From contig NC_042998.1 in NCBI RefSeq assembly GCF_006345805.1, forward strand, positions 69,502,001-69,566,000: DNA of 64,000 nucleotides. The letters are read 5' to 3'. The notes beneath the pieces were generated by a model. The model ran no database searches. It was not told the origin of the DNA and was given only the letters and a program-made list of their open reading frames with translations. Both the position numbers and the translations under genes were made by a program. The DNA comes from Octopus sinensis. Taxonomy: Eukaryota. This document shows, piece by piece, positions 52,982 to 64,000 of this stretch (position 1 is its first letter; every line of letters starts with the position of its first letter).

Positions 52982-53028
<47 letters not shown>

Positions 53029-53794
53029 GCACACAACATAACTGTATCGGGTTAACGTTTGGAGTATAGCTAGTATTCCCAGATCTACAGTATATATGTA
53101 TGTATATATGAGTGTGTGTGTGTGTGTGTGTGTATAAACACGCTACACAAATATAATGTAATGCATACACGCCATAAACATACATGCCAATGTGCTTGTA
53201 AATTTAAAAAGTATATATAATAGAGGGAGATGGAATAAATGCAATATTCAGCTGAGTGCTTGTCAAATAAAATCAAAATCTGATAACGGACAAAAATAAT
53301 AATTCATAATAATGAGGAAAACAAATTGAGAAACAACGATTAAAAACTAACAATAATCCCCAGGTTAAGAATGTATCTAATCCCTTTCTTAAAACTCACC
53401 AAAAGAATTTGGTTAATCCTTTTTTTTCTTTCGTTTTCTTCTCTTGATCTTTTTTGTTTTGGTGGTCATCCAGTAAGGAGAATAGGTACATCCATTTGAA
53501 ATTAATAAAAAGATGTATTTAGAGAGAGAGAGATAAATGGAGCTTGGATGATGTCGAAAAAATTATTATATTGAATAGGAGGATGAATAATGTTTTAACT
53601 CCAGGGTTCAACATAAAAATCGGTGGTGGCCAGCCAATCCATTTCTGTGGACGTTTGGGAAATGGAATCCTCTGTATACAACAAAACAATCAATGTATAT
53701 ATGTGTGTTTATATATTTGAATGTATGTGAATGTGTGCAGCCCGTTTCAGTCTTCGACCTTGACACACACGGCGTAGTCGCATGGGCCACTCAC

Positions 53795-53930
53795 CGTCGC
53801 TACCGCTGCTGCTGCTGCTACTACAACTACTACTATTACCATCACCACTATTACTACTACTACAACTGATGCTACTGCGTCATTCTTCAGCCCCAGGTTT
53901 TCCTTTATCGAGCAGACCGATTACCAAAGC
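53795..53930 (-). promoter_or_regulatory. Candidate first exon / TSS region of FRS2
   Basis: Donor ACG|GTGAGT in CpG-rich context, preceded by (GTA)/(CAG) triplet tracts. No good acceptor upstream. The 5' boundary is a guess. Confidence 0.4.
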
Positions 53931-54290
53931 GGTTCCAGCTGTGACCATCCCGCATTTTTTGTTATTCCACTCCCCTATCTGGGTCACATTATCTAATGTC
54001 TTTTAAAAAACAAAGGTAGGGCATGATGAGGGAATTTAGCCGCTATTTCTAGCAAGGAGCTTCCGTACCATCACTGTTTAATAATGCCACAACTGTTATT
54101 GTAGTCGTGTTGGTTGAATTTAGCTCCATATCAGACGTGACTAAGCAGTCACATGATCAAAAGAGTTCCAGTCGCGACTATCCCGTCTTTATTTATCTAT
54201 TCATCTTTTGAAAGACGGTTAGGGTGTGTGTGATTTGATGTGGAGGTTTTGGCTGCTATTTTAGCAAGTCAAGTAACCGCGTAGGCGACC
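53880..54290 (-). mobile_element. Two tandem copies of an (AAC)n-tailed SINE-like repeat
   Basis: gctagaaatagc(a/g)gc(c/t)aaa...gatggtcacagctggaa...acctggggct. Other copies at about 35620-35810(+), 27500-27625(+) and 13770-13856(+). Confidence 0.6.
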
Positions 54291-55789
54291 CGGTAGCGGC
54301 GGCATTCTTCTACAACACATGTCAAACTACAAAGGTGAATTTTTTTTTTTAAAAACGTGTTTTGTACAAAGAGATCCAGGAATCAAGGAGACGAATTAAC
54401 AATTAAAGAAATTCTCTTAAAAAGCTTCTTTAAATGACAGAGAAATGAAGTGACATTATTCAAGAATAAAAAAAAAAAAAGAAACTATATCGAGGCCATG
54501 GCTTGGCAAAAACTTAATTCCACGGTGCTTCTTGCCATTAAATAAACACACTAATTACATACAATAAACGGTTCATTATGTATTCCTTTCATCTTTTACC
54601 GACCAAAGATTCTGTTTGAAACGTGACAATCGTCCTCTTCCTCATGGCAAAATAATTTCACTTTACGACCCACATACATAAATTTATGTACAGATAGAGA
54701 GACAGACAGACAGATCGGAGGGATTAGATGGATGGATGAAGAGAGAGATTTGGCACGACAGAGAGGATGAATAGAACTGATTGAGTACATACATAATTTT
54801 TTTGAGAAAGTGACTCGAGGGACGTGAATTTCGTTCATGGCACTTATCAAAGAATAGAATAGGCATAAACGAAGATCTCGGTCCTTGAGTCTGGGCGATC
54901 AATAATAATTCTTTCTACAATGGGTGCAAGAGCTGATATTTTGTGGAAAGGGACCTAGTCAAATACATCAACCCCAGAGCTTAACCAGTAGTTCATCTTA
55001 TCAACCCATCAACCCTAATAACAGTGATAGGCAAACTTGTACTTGGCAGGACTTGGACAAAACCCATAAAGCACCAGAAAAAATGCCATTCTTTGCATGT
55101 GTGTGGGAGTATTCTCTCTATCCCCTCTGTACTACTTATACCCCCACCTCTATTCACTGTGGGTAGGCCCCACTCCCTCTCTCTCTCTCACTGTCTCCCT
55201 ATCTCTCTCACACCTTCCTTCTTTGTCCTACAGAGTAAGACAACTATCTCTGTCCCTTTATCATATGGCCACTTACCTCAGTTCCACTCTCTCTCTCAAC
55301 TAAGAGATCTTTATTCTGCAAAGCTACTTGGCGACCCCACTGGTGTTGGTGTCATGTAAAAAGTACCCAGTACACTCTGTAAAGTGGTTGACATTAGAAA
55401 GGGCATCCAACCATAGAAACCGTGCCAAGACTGACAATTGGGGTCTGGGGCTTGCCAACACCTATCAAACCATCAACCCATGCCAGCATGGAAAACAGAC
55501 ATTAAATGATGATGATGATGATATATATATATATATACATATAGCCGTGCCAGTGGCATGTAAAAAAAAAGTAGTTGGCGTTAGGAAGGGCATCCAGCCG
55601 TAGAAACACTGCCAGATCAGACTGGAGCCTGGTGCAGCTTCCTGGCTTCCCAGACCCCAGTCGAACTCTCCAACCCATGCCAGCATGGAAAAAGGATGTT
55701 AAACAATGATGATGATGATGAAGCAAACAGGGAAAACAAAACTCAGAATATGAGTATATATATATATATATTTATGTATGTATGTATAT

Positions 55790-56170
55790 ATATAATGAGA
55801 GGGGAACCAAGAATCCAAGCATTTACCTCTGACAGCACTCCTCCAGGAGATGTCTCCTGGAGTCATGCAACAAACACCGACTCATACCAGGGACTACCAA
55901 AAGTAACATTGAAGATACAGCATAGAAGGATGAGGGTAGCTGACACTGCATCAGACACATCGATGAAATTGCTAACAAGCTAGGGCTCTGGCAACCAACT
56001 GAAGGAAGAACCAGGAGAGGAAGAAGGAAGACAACATATCGACAACTTTCTGGAGGAGACTGGTATGGAAGGGGTACAGGAGCTAAGGACCATTAAGGAT
56101 GATTGAGATGAACGGGGAAAACGTGTGGAAACAGTCTTGGAGCATCCTGAGGGAGAACCTAAAGAGATAG
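55790..56170 (+). mobile_element. RTE-like LINE C-terminal / 3' fragment (different family)
   Basis: Frameshifted RRMRVA(G)HCIRHIDEIANKLGLWQPTEGRTRRGRRKTTYIDNFLEETG. Confidence 0.75.
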
Positions 56171-56679
56171 ATAGCACTCCTGCAAACGCCAACTATCAGG
56201 ATGTGTAGGAAGGAGAATTTCTTGAGAAGAAACATTAATTTTTCACAAACAGAAAATCTACAACTTCGGTTGTGGAGCATAAATAACAAATGGAATTGGT
56301 AGCATTACATTTATTCCACAGTTTACAACAGTTTCAATAACATGAAGGTGACAAATCAAATAACATGCATGAAGACAAGGATGAGAACAATGGTTCTGTT
56401 ATAACTTTTGTATAATAATGCATTACATGTTTGACCCTCAACCATTTAGTCATAACCCTAGAAAGTCAGACATGTCTCAAGGTTCACAGATAACAAGTGG
56501 ACTTGTGCAGTTACTGAGTGGTATCCATCCAACACATCAGAAAATGTCTTGGGAGGCCTCCATGCTGATGGGAAGGCAATTTAGTTAGCCCTTTCGTGTT
56601 CATATTAATCTGTCAAATGTAATGCTTTTGTATTCATATTGTTTTGAATTAATCACACATTATCTTATACTCTTTTACG

Positions 56680-57085
56680 TGTTTCAGTCATTTAACTGCA
56701 GCCATGCTGGAGCACCACCTTTAGTCGAGCAAATTGACCCCAGAGCATATTCTTTGTAAGCCTAGTACTTATTCTATCAGTTCCCTTTTGCCAAACCACT
56801 AAGTTACGGGGGTGTAAACACACCAGCATTGGTTGTCAAGCGATATCGGGGAAGAAGGACAAACACAGACACTTCAAACATACATACACACACACACATA
56901 TATATATATATATACATATACAATGGGCTTCTTCCAATTTCTGTCTATCAAATCCACTCACAAGGCTTAGGTCGGCCTGAGGCTATACTAGAAAACACTT
57001 GCCCAAGGTACCACACAATGGGACTGAACCCAGGACCATGTGGTTGGTAAGCAAGCTACTTACCACACAGCCACTCCTGCGACTA
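56680..57085 (-). mobile_element. CORE-type SINE, full length
   Basis: Same family as 11900-12310. Confidence 0.8.
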
Positions 57086-58599
57086 TGCTTCGAGTTTTTG
57101 ATGATGTGATTACTTATTTCGGAATGACATTGTAGAGTAGGTGTGAGAGGATAGATCTGGCTAGTTTTAAAATAAAACAGGTAGAAAAACTAGGTAGGAA
57201 TGGCCAGTTTAAATGCTAAGGGGTTAAAGGGTTTGAGCCAAGACGGACAGGAAAGAACTGGAAGTGCTTTATGACCAATGGTATCTAACTGCATTCAATT
57301 GCCAGGTCAATATAGGTTGCAGATTAATGCCTTGCCTATGCATACACACACACACATACACACAACCTGTATTGACCAGAATACTAATGCTGTTACACAC
57401 AACTGGTCACAATGCATTTGCAATTCTTTCTTTATTGTACCAGTGATGAGGCTCCAGATTTGGAGTTCAGGAGTTTTGTTGAATGTAGTTACTCATTAAT
57501 CACCATTATTCTCATCTCTTCTCTATCAAAACCTGAGTGATAGACCAATCAGCAGAGGGTAGAGCTGTGGTTAATGCTTAAAGGTCATAGAGCAAATTTG
57601 GCCCTAAGACATGAGTCACACAAGTTCAGTGATGTGTAGACATGGCCTGGTATCACATGAACTAGTTCTCTTGCCTAAGGGTTAAATAGGCCCTTTACCT
57701 CATGGGTAAGCTCGAAAGAGAACAAGGGACTAGCAGAGCAAGCTGCAAATAAATCACCAGCAGGCAGTGGGAAAACCAAGAAAGATACTGAATGTTCAAA
57801 TTTTGTCACAGAGAGCTATGGTCATTCACCCTCACACACACACACTTAGTGCAAAGGCATTGTTTTGCATTGATGTCATTGTATTATACATTCTCGCAGT
57901 GTGTATTTTTCAATAAAAAAAACTAATTATGGTTTCGGTAAATTATGGCTGTATGGTAAGAAGTTTGCTTCCCAACCATATGGAACCGGGTTCAGTCCCA
58001 TTGCATGGCACCCTCAATAAATGTCTTCTACTACAGCCCAACGCCAACCAAAGCCTAAAATAGAAGGCTGGGATGACTGATCAGACATTCCAGCCATATG
58101 AAATTTGATGCTGTAATCCTTTCTGTTGTCATGCAAAACTCACCTGTGCTAGTGCCCATTAAAAGGCACCCAGTACACTCTGTAAAGGAGTTGGCATTAG
58201 GAAGGGCGTCCAGCCATAGAAACCATGCCAAAACAAACCACTGGAGTTTGATGCAGCTCTATGGCTTGCCAGTTCCCGTCAAACTGTCCAACCCATGCCA
58301 GCATAGAAAACAGACATTAAATGATGATGATGAATAACATGTCTCCTAGCTTGAATTGTCTTTAAAAGTAGTGGTAAATTTTTACGGAACTCTAAAGAAA
58401 GGCAAAGTAATTTTTGAAACAGGTAAGTTTGAACATCAATACACATGTGCTAAGGAAAGCCAAGAAGGGCTCGGAATTCTTTTAAACTATGTAACATATA
58501 GCTCATCATACATATACATTATTCAAAGTCATAAACAATAGTCTTCTTTTATGTGGAGTTCAATCTTGCCCGGATTCTTTACATGATAATATTTTTCAG

Positions 58600-59230
58600 G
58601 AATAGGAGTGGCTGTGTGGTAAGTAGCTTGCTTACCAACCACATTGTTCTGGGTTCAGTTCCACTGCATGGCACCTTGGGCAAGTGTCTTCTACTATAGC
58701 CTCAGGCCGACCAAAGCCTTGTGAGTGGATTTGGTAGATGGAAACTGAAAGAAGCCTGTCGTATGTATATATATATAAAGGCGGCGAGCTGGCAGAAACG
58801 TTAGCACGCCAGGCGAAATGTGTGGCCATATTCCGTCTGCCGTTACGTTCTGAGTTCAAATTCTGCCAAGGTCGACTTTGCCTTTCATCCTTTCGGGGTC
58901 GATAAATTAAGTACCAGTTATGCACTGGGGGTTAATGTAATCAACTTAATCTGTTTGTCTGTCCTTGTTTGTCCCCTCTGTGTTTAGCCCCTTATGGGTA
59001 GTAAAGAAATACATGTGTGTATGTGTTTGTGTGTCTGTGTTTGTCCCTCTAACATCGCTTGACAACTGATGCTGGTGTGTTTATGTCCCCGTAACTTAGC
59101 GGTTCGGCAAAAGGGACCAATAGAATAAGTACTAGGCTTACAAAGAATAAGTCCTGGGATCGATTTGCTTGACTAAAGGCAGTGCTCCAGCATGGCCATA
59201 CTCAAATGACTGAAACAAGTAAAGAGTATG
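58600..59230 (+). mobile_element. CORE-type SINE with a Nin-type SINE nested in its central microsatellite (58779-58990)
   Basis: Head and CORE at 58605-58765, tail resumes at about 59010. Confidence 0.8.
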
Positions 59231-62200
59231 GCTTTGAAAGTTCTTCAATATTCAGTCAAAACAGGTAGTTCCAGATGGCAGATAGGATTCTTTGGTTGAT
59301 GTTGTTTCACTTTCTGTTCTTCAAATTTTACATCAGCACTGAAGACTCCAAAATATACCATTTCTTTTTGGATGATAATTTGTCAGTTTCCTCTCTTTAG
59401 CCTTAGTTTCCTATTTATGTAAACGTTACATTCCAGCATGTTAGCTTTGAATTTCTGTTGTTGTCTGCCTGTATTATGTATTGTCTTTAAGCTGGAACGA
59501 TAAGGTTTACTTCAACACACACACACAACAGGAAATTGGAAAAATTTTTTTTTTGTATCATCTATTCACCTTTTACACATGTTTCACTTGCTAATAGGAA
59601 TCACAAAGTTGTAAATGTTGGACAAACATGTAAGAAATTTCCATAGGCGTGGGAGTGGCTGTGTGGTAAGTAGCTTGCTTATGAACCACATGGTTCCAGG
59701 TTCAGTCCCACTGCGTGGCACTTTGGGCAAGTGTCTTCTACTATAGCCTCGGGCTAACCAAAGCCGTGTGAGTGGATTTGGTAGACAGAAACTGAAAGAA
59801 GTCCGTCGTAAAACAATGATAACTACATACTCCTGAAATAAGCAGATGAGCTTCAAGAAGATACCTTCTACTAACCTTACATATATTTCATATCTGTGTA
59901 TATGTATTGCCACTACGATTTAAATTTTATTTTCTATTTTTCGTCATTTTATTGTATTCCACATTCTTATATTCTTATAACCCGCATTACAAAAATATTC
60001 GTACTCCGCCTCTGATCGTATTTTACGATGAAAATTGTTTTTTCATTGTTTTTCGTTCAAAATCCTTCTTCCTTTTTAGTACAACTGGTGAAGTAGAGAA
60101 TCTATTAATTTTGTGTCCCCCCCCCCTCTATTTTCAACCTCAAATTACACTTTTCCTTTCTGCCCACACTTTAGCCAGTTTGCAAAAACATATTTTTTAA
60201 TGCGTGGCTGTGTGGTAAGAAGTTTGCTTCCCAACCACATGGTTCCAGGTTCAGTCCCACAGCGTGGCACCTCTTCTACTAGAGCCTCGAGCCAATCAAA
60301 GCATTATGAGTGGATTTGGCAGACGGAAACTGAAAGAAGCCCTCGTGTATATGTGTGTGTGTCCCACTACCGCTTGACAACTAGTGTTGGTGTGTTCACA
60401 CCCCTGTAACTTAGCGGTAAAAATTCTTCAGGGTAGTGAGAAAGCATGGCTGCAATCTAACGACTAAAACAAGTAAAAGATGAAAGATAAGAATTTATCT
60501 ACACTTACCCGAGTTCGCCAGTGTACTTGCGTTGACATAATTCCCATCAAATTAAATTTCGTGTACCATTTTTATCCCCATCTCTCACACAAAGATAATG
60601 CCCTATTTTACTTTGGACAAGGTTTTTGCTACGACCATTTATGAGAGAAGGGAAAGCAAGTTTTTTTTTTAATATCCCATTATACTTTTATTCAATTAAA
60701 AATATCCTTTTCTACATATTAAACAACTGAAATTATCGCCGTATAGATACTTCGTTCAAAATTCTAATTTTGTTTTACACGTATCTAACTCCGAATGATT
60801 TTAAAAAAGAGAAAGAAGGGGAAAAGGCACATCAGTTCAATGCCAAATGCCTCAATTGGTCGCACACCACAAGGTTCAACGGAACCTACAGAAGTAAGCC
60901 AACATTACCAGAGTTGATGGCAAGGCTAAGGCGTTGACACAGCCAAGCACCCTCAAGAGCGTCACCTGACAACTCGGCAAGGCGAGCCGCCAACGATGAC
61001 AAGAACTTCGTCGTTAGCAGCTCAGCCCCTCCAAACATCACAAACTAGAAGATTTCCATAAAATATTTTGCAATAGCAATTCTCTGAGGGAACTCAGTAT
61101 GGCGAATTGCCTTCGCGACAGCTATTCTAAAAATCCGCCAAAATACTTACTGCAATATTTACGTGTGAACCTTCTGTTATGTCGTCAAAAACACATCGGC
61201 TCTTTTACTCGGGTGGAAGACTGGAAAAATCGTTCGTCCTGCTGAACTAAATTTCACTTTTCATCCCTTCGCGATCGAAACACCAAATAATATAAAGATG
61301 ATAGCTTTTATACAGTAATCAGTCCGAGCTCTATGTGTGTTTCTTTTCCTTCGGAAACCTATATGATATGGCAATGGCCTCTTTGTGGGACGCTTAACTA
61401 TGGAACGAAATTGGAGATGTAATCTATTATAGACATAACATTAACATATCATTGGTAAGATTGACAAATAAATATGTGTGTCTGTGTGCAAGTTTCTTAT
61501 ATGGCTTTAAATGTTGGCAGAAGGCTAGCAATTTCGAGAGACGGAGTAAGTCGATTATTCAATTGGTACTTATTTCATCGACCCTGAAAGGATGAAGAGC
61601 AAAGTCGGCTTCGACGGAATTTGAACTGAAAAGGTAAAGACAGACTAAAAACCGCAAAGCATTTTGCCCAGCACGCTAATGATTCTGCAAGTTCACTGCT
61701 TTTAGATATAATAACTCTGCAAACAATAGTGTGTGTAGTTGATATAAAATTCTTTGTAATCTTAGCGCAAAACCAGCAGTTTTGAGGAGCGGGGGCAAAT
61801 CGATGTAGTCAGCTCCAGTATTGGTGTTTACTTTATTGACTTCGAAAGGGGCAAAGTTGACATCGACGAGGTTTGAATTCAGATAAGTAAATAATCGTAT
61901 TTTTCGATGTGCTATCAATTCAACTGTTCGATGGAGCAGCTACTGTACTCAGTCAATGGAACTATGGGTTCGAGTCCAGCCATAAATGATTTTATCTTGT
62001 TTTGAAATTAAAGGTATACTACAATATATTGAGATTTGTTAAAAGATTTACCAACATAGTCGTATCGTAGCAGAATAATATTACAGACACATTATGTCTT
62101 CAATTTCGCACCATAATTAAGATTGCTTAACTCGTTTGCTACATACATTATTCTTTCAAGACAATAGAAAGGCGAAGAGAAACGAAGCGATATTTTCTGA

Positions 62201-63014
62201 TTGTGTATTTCCTTCTAGAGTGCTTTTATCTCTTGACGCAAGAACGAAATAAAGGATACATAAAAAAAGATTTCTACAAACTTTTAAAGTTGAAGCGGTG
62301 ATAAGAGTATAAGTAGGCTATAATTTTCAAACATGTTCTCCCCACACGATCAAAAGCTTCACAAAATTCATTTCAAAAGAAATTATGAATTTCATGGTAT
62401 ACGCTTAACTTCTATATAAGTTTTAAAATAACCACAGAACTTGAATGAGAACTGCTGGTTATTTTAATTGCTGTTTATTTGAAATATTATGTAATTTTAT
62501 TGATGTAGAAAAGAACATTTGCTCAAGATAACAGATATAGGGATATCGATCCTAGAATCTCATGCATGTGGAGTGAAGTTTTTAACCACTCGGCCATGCC
62601 TTCCTTTATGTATACGTATGTGTACTAACACACACGCACACATGGGTCAGACAAAGTTATTGAGACAGGATTCCCAAGATCGGATGCCTTTCCTGTCACC
62701 AACATTTACCTGTTTCCAAGGAAGGTAATATTTCGGATCTTTACCTTTTGACCGGCAGATTTAGAAAATAATTTTTTGTAACTAAATACTTATAAACTTC
62801 GTATACTGGTAGAATGTGTCATATAAAATATATTTTAATCTTAGTGTTTTTGAGAAAAGTTTATGTTTACGAAGTTATTTCGTGTTAAATTTCTCGTATT
62901 TCGGTAATTTCAACCAACCAATGACATGTGTTCAGCTGAATAAAATTACATAAAAAACAAAAACATAGAAAACGAACTTTTTTTCAAACAACGAAAGAAA
63001 CAAATAGAGAACTT

Positions 63015-63016
<2 letters not shown>

Positions 63017-63080
<64 letters not shown>

Positions 63081-63141
63081 GTCTATCTGTCTGTCTGTCT
63101 GTCTGTCTGAATGTATGTATGTATGTATGTATGTATGTATG

Positions 63142-63170
<29 letters not shown>
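63017..63170. repeat. (TATC)n-(TGTC)n-(TATG)n compound microsatellite
   Basis: Seen directly. Confidence 0.95.
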
Positions 63171-63172
<2 letters not shown>

Positions 63173-63419
63173 TGCACATTAAGTACAGGACATCACCAGC
63201 GAGTGAAAAATGCGTAAACACGAGATAAGTAGAGGTCAAAATACTAAAAGAAGATAACTCCTCGTCAGTTGTCGACTGTTTTACTACTCCCTATTTCCTG
63301 CTTTCAACGACAAGATAGGAAAACTTCATAAGCCAGCAACATCCAGAAATGTTAGAAATATAAAATTTTTGGAGAGTTAGGGGCTTCAAACGAACAAACA
63401 ACAACAGAGTGGACGTACA

Positions 63420-63608
63420 AAGTAAACAATTGACAAAGACGAAGACAAGTGGTGTACAAAGCAAACAGATGTATTAGTATCACGCTCAGGAATAGAAATA
63501 GTCTTTTACGTTTCGAGCCTACGCTCTTCTACAGAAAGGGACATAGAAAAAATAAGGAGAGAAAAAAAATGTTTGTAGTGGCTAACGATCTATCATGGCG
63601 TCTGACCA

Positions 63609-63610
<2 letters not shown>
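63420..63610 (-). mobile_element. Probable Penelope-like terminal fragment with a variant hammerhead motif, abutting (TA)n
   Basis: Minus strand CTTT-CTGTAGA-A-GAGC-GTAG-GCTC-GAAAC-GTA-AAAG at 63538-63503. Confidence 0.5.
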
Positions 63611-63665
<55 letters not shown>

Positions 63666-63830
63666 ATATGTATATATATGTGTGTGTGTGTGTGTTGTGT
63701 GTGTGTGTGTGTGGTGTGTGTGTGTGTATGTATGTATGTGTGTGTATGTATGCACGTATGTATGTGTGTATGTATGTATGTATGTATGTATATATGTATG
63801 TATGCATGTGTGTGTGTGTACAGTACACAC
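63610..63830. repeat. (TA)n-(TG)n-(TATG)n compound microsatellite
   Basis: Seen directly. Confidence 0.95.
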
Positions 63831-64000
63831 ACATCTATATAAAAATATAGGACATAGGATGTTGAATCGAAAGATCAAAATGTCATGTGCAGTGTAGAAA
63901 ACAGGACAAACGAAACAGTTGCAGGTTTGTATCCATGTCACATGAACACCCCCGCACACGAATGTACAAGTATATTTAGTTGGGGAGAGATTGTCTTCCA

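Noticed and set aside
53040-53092. CTGTAGA...AAACGTT on the minus strand between TA tracts; also a stem-loop plus TGAAAC at about 5295-5330
   Set aside because: Too degenerate to build both stems; single copies give no consensus support.
53782-54006. 74-aa Leu-rich ORF
   Set aside because: Triplet repeat plus SINE sequence, not a plausible protein.

Overview
AT-rich, repeat-dense animal genomic DNA. The SINE, LINE and microsatellite repertoire looks like an octopus or other coleoid cephalopod (inference). The only protein-coding gene I can support is FRS2/FRS3-like on the minus strand. Its ATG is at 770, it starts MGC, it has an IRS-type PTB domain and Grb2/SHP2-type tyrosine motifs, and the frame runs off the window start, so the ORF track misses it. 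Most of the window appears to be its 5'-UTR introns, with candidate non-coding exons at about 15.3, 22.1, 36.3-36.7 and 53.8 kb. The rest is mobile DNA: CORE-type and Nin/Deu-type SINEs, RTE LINEs (one with a PHD finger inside the RT), CR1-like and REL-endonuclease LINE remnants, a maT DD37D transposon and a fold-back mariner. The most unusual signal is a small non-coding element found at three loci (four HHR-bearing copies). It consists of a tRNA-like Pol III head, an (AAT)n linker and a tail carrying a minimal hammerhead ribozyme motif, and it always appears in an inverted, fold-back arrangement. Four unrelated hairpin elements anchored in (TA)n tracts also occur, one with a hammerhead-like core; a separate (TA)n-abutting terminus carries a variant core. 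All alignments were made by eye and no searches were run.
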